A stretch of DNA of 64,000 bases from IMG/VR virus record IMGVR_UViG_2513237087_000004, positions 23,714-87,713 of that record, one strand, 5' to 3'. The notes under the pieces are model-generated. The model was not told where the DNA came from. It saw nothing but the letters and a program-made list of their open reading frames with translations, and ran no database searches. Numbering within the stretch: the first letter of the stretch is position 1; each line of letters begins with the position of its first letter. Source of the stretch: a virus (lineage: Duplodnaviria; Caudoviricetes). Positions 1 through 9,384 of this stretch are shown piece by piece. Both the position numbers and the translations under genes were made by a program.

Positions 1-692
1 TCGGTGGTGGCCTTGTCCTCGGTGACGTCATCCTTCGACAGGCCGCCGGTCGCGAAGCCCAGTTCGATCGACCGCGATGCGTTGAGGAAGGTCTCCTCAT
101 CCATCCATTTCTCAATGTCCGAAGCCGACTGGCTGGACCTGGCGACGTAGATGTCGCGCAGAGACGCATCGAACGGCTCGAGGTAGTCGGCAACGTCGCG
201 CAGGTCGTGCCGGTTGCCCATCGCCATCACCCACGCGTTGTGGATCATGAAGAATGCACCCGCACCGATCAGACGCTCATCGCCGCACATGGCGATGATC
301 GACGCGGCCGAGGCGGCCAAGCCCAGGACCTTCACCGTCACGTTCTTCGTGTGCGACTGGAGGAGGTTGTAAATCGCGATGCCCTCGAAGACGTCGCCGC
401 CCGGCGAGTTGACGTGGACCTCGATGTCGCGATCACCGATCTCATTGAGCCGATCCGACACCGTTCCGACCGTGTTCCCGAGCCCGGTCCACCAGTCCTC
501 GCCGATCACCCCGAAGATCCGGACGACGTTGTCGGTCTCCACGGCTGCGCGGACGCCAGCCTGCCACCTGGCGAGGGCCTGGACGGTCGGCGTGCCGACG
601 ATGTCGTCGCGGGGATTGGAGATATCGATGCGCGGCGGCCGCGCTTCGGCGTTCACGCGGCCGACGACCGCGCGCGGGATATTCGTGAGCAT
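1..692 (-). CDS. ClpP-like (S14) prohead maturation protease, C-terminus truncated by window edge
   Basis: Manual translation from ATG at 692: VHVNSPGGDVFEGIAIYNLL...VLGLAASAASIIAM...FMIHNAW; directly downstream of portal; not in ORF track because it runs off the edge. Confidence 0.92.
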   Translation of the reverse strand, partial: MLTNIPRAVVGRVNAEARPPRIDISNPRDDIVGTPTVQALARWQAGVRAAVETDNVVRIFGVIGEDWWTGLGNTVGTVSDRLNEIGDRDIEVHVNSPGGDVFEGIAIYNLLQSHTKNVTVKVLGLAASAASIIAMCGDERLIGAGAFFMIHNAWVMAMGNRHDLRDVADYLEPFDASLRDIYVARSSQSASDIEKWMDEETFLNASRSIELGFATGGLSKDDVTEDKATT

Positions 693-703
693 GTGGATCC
701 CTC

Positions 704-2035
704 TCAGGCGGCCTGCGGCTGTCGCAGCGTGTCGTTGAGCATCGCCATCATCTCGGCGCCGCCGCCGAAATTGCCCAAGGCATTGATGACGTTCATCGCA
801 TCCAGCGAGGTCATGTTGAGCGGGACGTTGTAGGCATCGCCGCCTTCTACCGGGTCCATGTCTTCCTTCTCACGGACGTCGTTCACCGACAGCCAGCCCC
901 ACTGCCGGCCGATGGCGTATGCCGCATAGCGGGTCTTGATGTCCCCGCGGATCAAGCCGGCCGGGTTCAGGCGGATGTAGAGGTCGGCGTCGTCCTGGGC
1001 CGACATGCAGTCGCGTTCCAGCGCCTCCTGCCACATCGTGAACCAGTCCTGCAGCGTGTAGGCCACGAACGCGATGCTCTGCTGCTCAATGCCGGAGCCC
1101 CAGGATGTCGTCTTCGTGGTCAGGCCAAGGAGATGCGGCGGTACGCCGTAGAACATGGCGATCTCGAGGAGCGTCATCTCGCGGGTCTGGATGAACTGGG
1201 CGTCCACCGAGTTCATCTCGACGCCCTCCCGCTCGATCCCTTCTTCCAGGAAGAGCGCCTTGTGGGCGTTCTCGGCGCCGCGGAACTCCTCCAGGCTCGC
1301 CTTCAAGCGCTCCACCACGCCATTGTCGGCGAACCTCTTCGGGTGGCGGAAGATCGAGCCCAGCGAGATCCCGTTCTTGAACAGCTTCGCGGCGTGCTTC
1401 TCCGTCTGGATCGAGAGGCCCAGGGACTCGCGAGCGAATCCGATCACCGATCGGCCCGTGAAGCCGTCGGTGCTCATGCCTTGAAGGTGCAGAATATCCG
1501 AGGGATCGAAGTTGATGATCCCGCCATTCGCTCGGGTGAATTTGAACTTCAGGGACAGGTCATCGGCCTGCTTCACGTCCATCCGATCCGGATTGAGCGG
1601 GTTCAGCGCGATGATCCTTTTGCCGGCGCCGCGCACGATCTGGGCATAGGCGTTGCCGCGGTTCAACGTGCAGAGCTGCATGTACTGCTTGAACTGGCTG
1701 GGCGTTTGCCAGTCGTTCGGCTTCCGCCGCAGCACCGTCCAGAGGGGGTGATCGGAGGCATCGATGCGCTTTTTTCCGTCCCTGCGCTTGATATCGATGG
1801 GGACCGTCTTCACTGCCGAACAGATCAGGTTCGTGCAACGATTGGCGGCCCCGACCTTCAGCGCGGAGTTCGGGTTCACCGTCGCGCCGGATTCCGTGGA
1901 AAAGCCCCCGTTTCGGAGAAATTCCTGGATTTTCGGGTCGTTCAGATCGCCCACGGATACCATCTCTCCCTCGGCCCGGGGCGACACCGGCGAGCGGGCC
2001 CTGCCAGCCCAAGGGAGCATGTCGAACAGACCCAT
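704..2035 (-). CDS. HK97-family phage portal protein
   Basis: 443 aa; QFIQTREMTLLEIAMFYGVPPHLLG, GWLSVNDVREKEDMDP, GNAYAQIVR. Confidence 0.95.
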   Translation of the reverse strand: MGLFDMLPWAGRARSPVSPRAEGEMVSVGDLNDPKIQEFLRNGGFSTESGATVNPNSALKVGAANRCTNLICSAVKTVPIDIKRRDGKKRIDASDHPLWTVLRRKPNDWQTPSQFKQYMQLCTLNRGNAYAQIVRGAGKRIIALNPLNPDRMDVKQADDLSLKFKFTRANGGIINFDPSDILHLQGMSTDGFTGRSVIGFARESLGLSIQTEKHAAKLFKNGISLGSIFRHPKRFADNGVVERLKASLEEFRGAENAHKALFLEEGIEREGVEMNSVDAQFIQTREMTLLEIAMFYGVPPHLLGLTTKTTSWGSGIEQQSIAFVAYTLQDWFTMWQEALERDCMSAQDDADLYIRLNPAGLIRGDIKTRYAAYAIGRQWGWLSVNDVREKEDMDPVEGGDAYNVPLNMTSLDAMNVINALGNFGGGAEMMAMLNDTLRQPQAA

Positions 2036-2049
2036 ATTCGACGCTCCCG

Positions 2050-3771
2050 TCAGAGGACCAGGAAGCCGCGGGTCGCATACGCGCTGCCCACTGCTTCGGG
2101 GTTCAGGTTCATGAGCGAGGCGGCATCGAACGTCGCCATGAGCGGATCAATCTTCGCCACGCCGGCCGCCTGCTTCGTGATCATTTTGGAGTTGCCCTTT
2201 TGCTCCTGCTTCGCGTTGCCCACGCACCAGGACATCAGAGGGCTTCCCTCATGAACCAGGCTGCCCTTCGCCAGGCGGCGCTCCGTCACCTTGATCGCGT
2301 TCTGCAGGGTGAAGCCCTGCCGGATGCCCACGATCAGCCCTGCCGCCTCGTCCGTGGAATTCGTGAAGCCGCGCAGCGTCAGCTCGTCGACGATGTCGTT
2401 GACGCCTGACGGATCGACGCCGACGCCACGCTCCTCCGGAAGCAGTCCGGCTCGACTGATCTGCTCGACGATATCCGCGACCCCTTGAACGTCCTCGTCG
2501 GAGTCGTCCTCAATGATCGTGAGCACGCCAGCTTTCGCCAGGTCCTCGAGCTTCGACGCGATGCTCTTACGCTGCTCGGTCAAGACGCAGCGGTGGCACC
2601 AGGCATGGTTCCACAGCAGCCACCGTCGGGTGTCCTTCTCGCGACCGATCACGGCCATTCCCAGAAGGTCGTCCATGCCGCCGCCGTCGACGCCGACCAC
2701 CACGACCTCGCAACGATCGAGCAGTTGTTGCAGTCGCTCCGTCGGCGTAGCCTCGGCCATGTCCTTGTCGGCACGACGCAACCAGAACTTCGCCCCGATC
2801 CAAGCCCCAGAATTGGAACCGAGCCCGATCTCGATGTTCAGGTGCTGAGAGGCCCACACCTTGACGGCGTGCTCGCCTTTCTCGCGCTCGTCCGAAAGGT
2901 CCTGCTTGAGGCTCTCCAAGTGCACCGATAGGCCCAGGTTGGGCATGACCATCGGCCAGTTCGCCGGGTCAGACCACAAGTCCTCGTCCTTGGCGATCCG
3001 CGCAGGGAACTCGTAGAGGACCGGGAGCATCCGGCCGGCCCGCTTTCCGTCGCGGATCATGCGAGCGATCATCAGCTCGTCCTTGAAGACGCCGGTCGGC
3101 TCCTCGTCGCTCTGCGTCGAGGTGAAGATCAGGAAGCCCTCGGTGTTCTTCTCCAGGCCGCCGCGGATCTGGCGCAGTACCTTTGCTGCCTTGGCTTCCT
3201 TGCCGAGCAGATGAAGTTCGTCGATCAGCACGCCGACCGGCTTGGGCCCGGTGAGGACCTTCAGGTCAAACGTCTTGATCTTGAGCTTCGCGCGGTTCGT
3301 TCGGTCCTCGATCTGCTTGATGTGGTCCCGAATGTGAAACCGCTTCAGCAGCACCGGATCAGCTTCGATCATGCCGGCGGCCTGGCTGAATGCCAGCTCA
3401 GCTGTCGACTGCATCGGCGCCACGAGCAGGAACTCGGCCCGCGGCCGGATATTCATGAGCAGCGCCACGAGCATAAGCGCGGCGCTGTAGCTGGTCTTGC
3501 TGCTGCCCTTCGGCGCCAGCGCGAAGATCTCGCGGATATGGCGCACGTTGGTCGCCGGGTCGCGCTAGCCGAAGAGCGCGCGGACGATATCCCTGAACCA
3601 CTGACCTGACGCATCCCGCAGAAGCGGTTGGTCGGGCACGTCTGGCAGCACTAATCCGTCGTAGAATGCCTGGCCCGCGTCTGCCTCTTCCAGAAAGAGC
3701 GGCAGATCGGGCACCAGCGTGGTGCGCTCGACGATGCGGCGCTCCCAATCCCGACAGGACAGGTCCCACAT
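2050..3771 (-). pseudogene. terL: Terminase large subunit interrupted by one in-frame TAG (3565-3567)
   Basis: 68-aa ORF 3565-3771 and 498-aa ORF 2050-3546 share one frame: ...RALFG-TAG-RDPATNVRHIREIFALAPKGSSKT (Walker A), VLIDELH (Walker B), VGVDGG and KIDPLMA nuclease motifs. Confidence 0.88.
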
Positions 3772-4346
3772 CAGTGAGAGCGGCGTACCGCGGCCGCGCG
3801 TTGTGCCATCATTTTGCCCATGGCGGTCGCGGTGTCGGGGTTATTCGCCGCCTCCACCAGCGCCTCCTTCTTGCCGAGCGACTTTGCTTTCTGCTGGCGG
3901 CTCGTCCGGGGAGCCCCGTCGCCATCCGCGATGCCCAACGGCTTGCCGAAGCCCCAGCTGAGCAGTTCATGCGCGGCCTGCCGGCGCACAGCCTCGCTCT
4001 TGGCGGTGGCGGTGAGGTGCGCGAGCGACACGAGCGCCAGATACGCGAGCGAACGGGCAGCTTTCGATAGATCGAACTGGTCCTCAACGACGGCCGGGAT
4101 GCTGTAAGTATTCGCAAGTATCCGAATATCAGACAGGTTGAATTCTTCGACCTTTCCGAACGCCGACTTTTCTGCATCTGCCTGCGCGAAATCGGCGGCG
4201 ATGCGCGACCAGCCATCAAGCTTGGCGCGCCGGCGGATGGAGCTCTCCGCGATGCCGTGCGCCCGGGCGATTTCCCGCACCTTCATTGAAGAAGTACGGA
4301 ATTCGCGTTCGATGGATGCCCAGTCGATCTTCTTGCTGCGAGCCAT
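3771..4346 (-). CDS. terS: Terminase small subunit
   Basis: N-terminal HTH (IDWASIEREF...VREIARAHGIAESSIRRRA); C-terminal LGKKEALVEAA; stop overlaps terL start. Confidence 0.75.
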   Translation of the reverse strand: MARSKKIDWASIEREFRTSSMKVREIARAHGIAESSIRRRAKLDGWSRIAADFAQADAEKSAFGKVEEFNLSDIRILANTYSIPAVVEDQFDLSKAARSLAYLALVSLAHLTATAKSEAVRRQAAHELLSWGFGKPLGIADGDGAPRTSRQQKAKSLGKKEALVEAANNPDTATAMGKMMAQRAAAVRRSH

Positions 4347-4409
4347 CGATCACCAGCCGGAAATGCGCACCCTGCGCAGATGCGCAGCAGTTCGACGCCT
4401 CAAGAATAA

Positions 4410-4480
4410 AACCTACAAGTGACTGCCCTACGCGGTGGAGGCCCCAGGCCTTTCTGGAGTTTTCGCCCCCCTCCCCCTTG
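4410..4480 (-). other. Probable cos/packaging-initiation region
   Basis: Non-coding DNA just upstream of terS; minus strand GGGGGAGGGGGGCGAAAACTCCAG...CCACCGCGTAGGGCAGTCACTT resembles G-run genome-end regions of HNH-terS cos phages; cut site not determinable. Confidence 0.45.
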
Positions 4481-4621
4481 GTCGACGCCGCAGGCCATAT
4501 CTCAACTCCGTCGAGGCGGCGCGCTATTGCCGGAGTTGGTTGGGAATTGGGATTTATCTTCCATTTTTTATTGTCGACTACTTGACCGTCGAATTCGGCC
4601 GTGCCCTCATATGGGCGTCAC

Positions 4622-4650
4622 CAGGGCATTTCAGCCCGCCTCAATAGGAG
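4622..4650 (+). repeat. Leader repeat A copy 1 (hairpin + RBS)
   Basis: CAGGGC-AT-TTCAGCCCGCCTCA-ATAGGAG; GGGC-N6-GCCC stem; 8 nt before ATG 4659. Confidence 0.75.
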
Positions 4651-4658
4651 ACCGTGAC

Positions 4659-4802
4659 ATGCGACCCACTTTCATCCCCTGCGCCTCCCGCTCCACCGCG
4701 AAGCGTCACGCCCCTTGGGCGGTGGTCATTACCCGTGCTGACGGTGGCTTCCTGGCCTTCGACAGCGTGACCACGCACGCCACCTGGCGCCGGCAGAAGT
4801 GA
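4659..4802 (+). CDS. Small hypothetical phage protein (47 aa)
   Basis: AGGAG RBS; MRPTFIPCASRSTAKRHAPWAVVITRADGGFLAFDSVTTHATWRRQK. Confidence 0.7.
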   Translation: MRPTFIPCASRSTAKRHAPWAVVITRADGGFLAFDSVTTHATWRRQK

Positions 4803-4812
4803 GGGGGCGGAC

Positions 4813-4908
4813 ATGAGACACGACAGACACAGCAACCCGCGCCTCCGCATTCGTCGGTCGGAGCGCCGCGCCGCCATCTCCCGCAAGCATGCGTTCCTGG
4901 AGGCCTGA
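4813..4908 (+). CDS. Tiny basic hypothetical protein (31 aa)
   Basis: Manual translation MRHDRHSNPRLRIRRSERRAAISRKHAFLEA; GAGGGGG upstream; fills the gap between neighbours. Confidence 0.5.
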   Translation: MRHDRHSNPRLRIRRSERRAAISRKHAFLEA

Positions 4909-4912
4909 GATC

Positions 4913-5266
4913 ATGGAGACCTTGCTGTATGGCCTCTACGCCACCACCAGCAGCGCAGGCGGATGCGCCGTGCTGCGGTTCGGTGATCTGGAGCACACCG
5001 GGAAGCCGGTCACCTTGGCCCTTGGCGTCACAGCAGCTGAAGCGGCGGACGTGATCGAGGCCGATATCGTCTTCGGCGGCTGGCGCCAGGGGCAGCCGGG
5101 CCGCGCGCCCCGCACTCTCGACTATGAGCACGTGGCCGGCGGCGCCGTGGAGTTCTTCAACGCGGTGGACGGCGTCGCGCTATGGACCCTGCCGCCCTGC
5201 CTCGCCTGGGCTGCTCCGCTGGTGTGGCGCCTGTCCTGGCGCATCGTGCGGAGGGGCTGGCTATGA
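4913..5266 (+). CDS. Hypothetical protein
   Basis: GGAGG RBS; stop overlaps next ATG (ATGA). Confidence 0.6.
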   Translation: METLLYGLYATTSSAGGCAVLRFGDLEHTGKPVTLALGVTAAEAADVIEADIVFGGWRQGQPGRAPRTLDYEHVAGGAVEFFNAVDGVALWTLPPCLAWAAPLVWRLSWRIVRRGWL

Positions 5267-6264
5267 GCGATCTCGCGACCTTCACGGGCGACGTGCTGAC
5301 GGTCTCCGCCGGCACCTTCTCCCTCTCCCTCACCGTCAAGCAGATTGAGACGGCGTGGGACGCCCTGTCTCAGATCCCGGAGCGACGCGCACGGCATGAG
5401 TTGGGCGCGCTCGCTGAGAGGCTGAACGGGTTCGGCGCCTATGTCGCGGCGCTGGTGGCTTCCGGCGGCGCGCTGGACGCCCCGGCGGAACTGGAGCGGT
5501 TCGCGTCTTGGCATGTCCACCTGACGCGCCGCGCCTGGAATATGGATGCGCGGTGCATGTCGTGGTTCGTGGTCGGGCCCTCCCGCTTCCCGGTGGACCG
5601 GAACGCCAAGCGCCTGCGTTGGGCCGATGCCGCGTATCGGGCAGCCCGCGACCATGCCGCCGCCGCCCGTAAGGCAGTCGAACGCGTAGCGTTCCCGCAC
5701 GGTGTCCCCGGCGGGGCGAGCCGCGCCGCGAACCCCGACGCGCCCGAACTGATCCGCGCCAAGATCGAGAAGCACCGCGCCTTACACGCCGCCATGAAGG
5801 CGGCGAACGCGGCCATTCGGTCGGCGAAGGGCGATGACGTTGAAGCCATGGTGCAAGCCGTGGTCGACGTGACGGGCTGGCGCGAGGCGACGGCGCGCGC
5901 CAGCGTCGTGCCTGCGCAGTCGTGGATGGGGCGCGGCTTTCCCGCCTACGCCTTGTCTGGCGAGCTCGCCGAAATCAAGCGGCTCGAGGACCGCTTGCGC
6001 GCCATTGAGGCCAATCGGGAGCGCGGCACGGTGTCGATGAGGCACAACACCAGCGCCGGCGCGCTGGAGGTGGTCGAGAATCCCGACGCCGCCCGCATTC
6101 AGCTCATCTTCCCCGGTAAGCCGGACGACGCCACGCGGGCGGTACTGAAGCGTCAAGGGTTCCGCTGGGCGCCTTCCGAAGGTGCCTGGCAACGACACCT
6201 GAATAATGCCGGCCGGCACGCCGCGAAATGCGTCGTCTCCGCGCTTCAACTCACGGAGGCCTAA
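5263..6264 (+). CDS. Conserved MGE hypothetical protein (resembles C-terminal part of DUF3560/polyvalent-type proteins)
   Basis: GFPAYALSGELAEIKRLEDRL...ENPDAARIQLIFPGKPDDATRAVLKRQGFRWAPSEGAWQR. Confidence 0.7.
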   Translation: MSDLATFTGDVLTVSAGTFSLSLTVKQIETAWDALSQIPERRARHELGALAERLNGFGAYVAALVASGGALDAPAELERFASWHVHLTRRAWNMDARCMSWFVVGPSRFPVDRNAKRLRWADAAYRAARDHAAAARKAVERVAFPHGVPGGASRAANPDAPELIRAKIEKHRALHAAMKAANAAIRSAKGDDVEAMVQAVVDVTGWREATARASVVPAQSWMGRGFPAYALSGELAEIKRLEDRLRAIEANRERGTVSMRHNTSAGALEVVENPDAARIQLIFPGKPDDATRAVLKRQGFRWAPSEGAWQRHLNNAGRHAAKCVVSALQLTEA

Positions 6265-6268
6265 AGCC

Positions 6269-6571
6269 ATGAGCGCTCCCGCAACCCTCTCCCCTGATGC
6301 CTCCGCCGTCCTGCGCTGGTGCGAGGCAGACGCTCACCCCTGCTCATTCTCGCCGCTGCTGGCGATCGATTGGGATTGGCACGCCGTCTCCGCCGCCCTG
6401 GGCCTCGGTGACTGGCACCACAACAGCCACTGGCCGCGCATCCATGCCGCCCTGGACGAGCTGCATGCCGCCGGCCGGCTGGCCTACCACGACCACGGGC
6501 CGAACACTTACGGCCACACCACCACGATGCTGGTGCCCGCGCCGGCGCGCCAGCGGGCACCCGCCCGATAG
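6269..6571 (+). CDS. Hypothetical protein
   Basis: GGAGG RBS, 100 aa, in operon. Confidence 0.6.
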   Translation: MSAPATLSPDASAVLRWCEADAHPCSFSPLLAIDWDWHAVSAALGLGDWHHNSHWPRIHAALDELHAAGRLAYHDHGPNTYGHTTTMLVPAPARQRAPAR

Positions 6572-6591
6572 TCCCCTTCCCCTCAACCGAT

Positions 6592-6622
6592 CAGGGCGCT
6601 TCAGCCCGCCTCACCATAGGAG
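6592..6622 (+). repeat. Leader repeat A copy 2 (hairpin + RBS)
   Basis: CAGGGC-GC-TTCAGCCCGCCTCA-CC-ATAGGAG; 7 nt before ATG 6630. Confidence 0.75.
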
Positions 6623-6629
6623 CACGATC

Positions 6630-7487
6630 ATGCACCACACCGGCCTTGACGCCTTCACTGCCCGCCCCGCGCGCACCGCTTTGGAGCGCCGCACCGTCGC
6701 CCTGGCAGCCTATGACGCGGCGAAGCTGGATCCCGTCGCCGACTGGCGCACCGTCGCCGATATGCTCGCTGCTGCGCTCCCCGCGCCGCGCGCCAAGGGG
6801 GCTCCGGCGGCACCGGAGGCGGAACCGGCACCGGAATTCACCGCGTGGGAGGATCACGCCATTCCGCGCAACTTCCGAAGCGACCTGCCTTCGCCCGTGG
6901 TCGTCTTCACCTTCGCAGACGGGACCGAGGTGCGGGCGCCTGCCGTCACCGCCAAGCGCAAGCCGCTCAATATCGGTCGTGCGGCGCGCGTGGCGTGCGA
7001 GTTCTATCGCAACCGCGTCCTGTGCCGCTCCGGTCTCCTGAAGGCGTATCCCGAAGGAATCCGGGCGGTGGTGGTGGTGCCCGCCATCATATCCATTGAG
7101 GCGCCCGGTGCTCTCTATGACATCGGCGACGCCAACGAGCGGACGAAGGAGCTTCGCGGCGGCACGTTTGACGTCGCGGCCGAGGTGGCCCGGCTCGCCG
7201 ACTTGCCCGAGAAGAAGCGCGCGGAGATCCTCCGCTTGCGCTTCATCGCGGCGTGCCTGCGCCGCCTCATGCTCGACCCGGGCGCGAACACCAAGGAACT
7301 GGCCATTCAGGCCCGCATCGCGGAAGCGGCGGCGGATGGCGCCGACTTCGCTGAACTGCGTGCGCTCGAAACGGAGATGCGGCGCCCGCCGCGCCCGCCG
7401 GTGACCGCGATCATGCGAACCTACCTCGGCTCAACGTCCAGGGTCGCGCTCTGCGTCGTGGCCGGTGCCGGCGAGGTGGCGGCATGA
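6630..7487 (+). CDS. Hypothetical protein (285 aa)
   Basis: ATG after repeat A RBS; ATGA overlap with next gene. Confidence 0.7.
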   Translation: MHHTGLDAFTARPARTALERRTVALAAYDAAKLDPVADWRTVADMLAAALPAPRAKGAPAAPEAEPAPEFTAWEDHAIPRNFRSDLPSPVVVFTFADGTEVRAPAVTAKRKPLNIGRAARVACEFYRNRVLCRSGLLKAYPEGIRAVVVVPAIISIEAPGALYDIGDANERTKELRGGTFDVAAEVARLADLPEKKRAEILRLRFIAACLRRLMLDPGANTKELAIQARIAEAAADGADFAELRALETEMRRPPRPPVTAIMRTYLGSTSRVALCVVAGAGEVAA

Positions 7488-8056
7488 GCCCGCGCGCCAG
7501 ATTCACCCCTGCCGGCGCCGTCAAGGTCTCCGACAAACTGTCCGATGCCGTGGCGTTCGTCTACGAGCGGCGGGGCAGGCCCATCGCTTGCGTCTACGTG
7601 GGCAACCAGTCCAAGCCGGTGAGCGCCTACAGCTACCGAAGCGCGCTGGACCGCGAGCGTTCCATCCGCGCGGCGTTCGAGGCCCGGCGCGCCGCGATGG
7701 CCGTGAAGCGCCAGCGGCAGGAAGAACGAAAGGCCTACCGGCCGGCGTGCAAGCCGGGGGACGTCCTCGGAACCTGCTGGGGATACGAGCAGACCAACCG
7801 CGAATTTTTCGAGGTGATCGAGGTCAAGGGGAAATTCGTCATCCTGCGCGAGCTGGCGCAGGAACGGATTGACACGGGATGGAGCCAGGGCAAGGCCGTG
7901 CCCCTCCCTGGCTCCTATGTCGGGGAGCCGATCCGCCGCCTTGCGCAACCGCACGGCATCCGTATCGACTCCTGCCGCCTCGCGACGCCCGCCGCCGTCG
8001 AGGACGTGGCCGGCGTCAAGGTGGTGAAGCCCGTCGGCTGGAGTTCCTACGCATGA
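7484..8056 (+). CDS. Conserved phage/plasmid hypothetical protein
   Basis: KPGDVLGTCWGYEQTNREFFEVIEV motif, which recurs in MGE proteins. Confidence 0.75.
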   Translation: MSPRARFTPAGAVKVSDKLSDAVAFVYERRGRPIACVYVGNQSKPVSAYSYRSALDRERSIRAAFEARRAAMAVKRQRQEERKAYRPACKPGDVLGTCWGYEQTNREFFEVIEVKGKFVILRELAQERIDTGWSQGKAVPLPGSYVGEPIRRLAQPHGIRIDSCRLATPAAVEDVAGVKVVKPVGWSSYA

Positions 8057-8544
8057 CGCGCTCCGCTTCCAACGTTCGCAGGCTCCGGCCTCCCGAGGTG
8101 CCGCCCAAGCCGGCGCGGCGCGTCTCCCTCGCTCGGATCAATCGCCAGCGCGTGGCGGCTGCCGGTGCGGCGGCCGTGGCCGTGGTGCTGACGGGGTTGT
8201 CCCTGTCCCACCTCTCCCACGGCATCCACCTGGTGACGCAGGCGCCGCCGGCCGAATCATGGGCCATGGCCACTGGCGTCGACCTGGGCTTCATCGCCTC
8301 GGAACTGGCCATGCTTTGCGCTTCGACCGAAGCCGTCCGGCGCAGCGTGGCGCGCTTTGCTCAGCCGGCCATTGCTGGGACGCTGGGCATGTCCGCTGCG
8401 CTCAATGCCCTGGCATTCGCCCTGCCGATGGACGGATGGCAGCTCTATGCCGCCGCCGCCCTCGGCGTCGCCATTCCGGCCCTGGTCTATGCGCTCGCCC
8501 GCGTAGCCTTCGCGCTGGCCACCCAGGGACCGCGCGAGGCTTAA
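8053..8544 (+). CDS. Membrane protein (about 4 TM)
   Basis: Hydrophobic segments AAAVAVVLTGLSL, AMATGVDLGFIASELAML, GTLGMSAALNALAFAL, AAALGVAIPALVYAL. Confidence 0.7.
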   Translation: MTRSASNVRRLRPPEVPPKPARRVSLARINRQRVAAAGAAAVAVVLTGLSLSHLSHGIHLVTQAPPAESWAMATGVDLGFIASELAMLCASTEAVRRSVARFAQPAIAGTLGMSAALNALAFALPMDGWQLYAAAALGVAIPALVYALARVAFALATQGPREA

Positions 8545-8600
8545 CCCCCGCTCGGGCCTGTGTCCGGCCAACCCTTCTCCCCCCTCTCGGGCCTGTGCCC
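8545..8600 (+). repeat. Repeat B pair 1
   Basis: CCCCCGCTCGGGCCTGTGTCC (8545-8565) and CCCCTCTCGGGCCTGTGCCC (8581-8600), directly after the TAA at 8544. Confidence 0.75.
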
Positions 8601-8683
8601 GAGGGACCAGAGACGCCAGTTCATGCCGCACCAGGTGCGCGGCGTGGTCGGGCGCCTATGCCCGGCACACCAGAGGATGCACG

Positions 8684-8857
8684 ATGGACCGATCCGCCTT
8701 CGCCCTTGAGCTCGCCGAGACGCATCAGCGCGTCGAAGGAATCTATGCCTCCCTCAGGGAGTTAGCCCCGCACATTGAGGCCATGCGGAGCGGCACGCAG
8801 CGCCGGCGGAGCGGCGCATTGGGCTTGGCGCGCGCTGTGCTATCGTTCTGGCACTGA
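8684..8857 (+). CDS. Small hypothetical protein (57 aa)
   Basis: Manual translation MDRSAFALELAETHQRVEGIYASLRELAPHIEAMRSG...; GAGG upstream; below ORF-track threshold. Confidence 0.45.
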   Translation: MDRSAFALELAETHQRVEGIYASLRELAPHIEAMRSGTQRRRSGALGLARAVLSFWH

Positions 8858-8916
8858 GGGGCCCGCCGTTGGAGACGACAGCCCCGCCATGCGAACGAGC
8901 GGACGGGCGCCACGCT

Positions 8917-9174
8917 ATGACCGGGGACGAGATCAAGGAAGCGCGCCAGCGCCTGGGCCTGTCCACCGCGCAACTCGGGATCGCCCTGGGCCTGGGCGGA
9001 AAGACGGCGAACATCTCCAAGATGATTCGGCGCATCGAAAGCGGAGACGGCTTCCTTACGCCAGCCCAGTCACGCCTGCTGGTCATGTTCATCCGCTTTG
9101 GGGTGCCGGCCGACATGCTCGACGAGGATCCGAATGCGGCCGGGCGGGCGCACCATGTCGCGCCGGCCGACTGA
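8917..9174 (+). CDS. XRE-family HTH transcriptional regulator
   Basis: MTGDEIKEARQRLGLSTAQLGIALG...KMIRRIESG. Confidence 0.8.
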   Translation: MTGDEIKEARQRLGLSTAQLGIALGLGGKTANISKMIRRIESGDGFLTPAQSRLLVMFIRFGVPADMLDEDPNAAGRAHHVAPAD

Positions 9175-9178
9175 TCCA

Positions 9179-9210
9179 CCCCGCTCGGATCTGTGCCCCC
9201 TGCTCGGATC
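9179..9210 (+). repeat. Repeat B copy plus partial copy
   Basis: CCCCGCTCGGATCTGTGCCC (9179-9198) then CCTGCTCGGATC, 4 nt after the HTH stop. Confidence 0.7.
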
Positions 9211-9384
9211 AATTTCTGCGGCGGCCACGTCCGAATATTGAGGTTTCAACGGAACCGACCCGATGGAACAACACGCCGAACTTGTGTCCCCGCCAATTGA
9301 CGATACGCGTGGATTGTAACATTTTCCTCCATGTCAGCAGCCGCTGGCGCCGCGCCTCGGGCAACGGGGGCAGGAGACAGGCCC

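Noticed and set aside
3565-3567. Genome-wide TAG recoding as the explanation for the terL stop
   Set aside because: TAG is the apparent terminator of several well-bounded genes and no suppressor tRNA was seen in the window
4570-4615. Promoter for the inverted cassette (CTTGAC...CCTCATAT)
   Set aside because: A -35-like box is present but the -10 fits neither sigma70 nor RpoH consensus well enough to call
9297-9325. TTGACG...TAACAT promoter before the 9385 gene
   Set aside because: Spacer is 14 bp to TAACAT; plausible but not supportable
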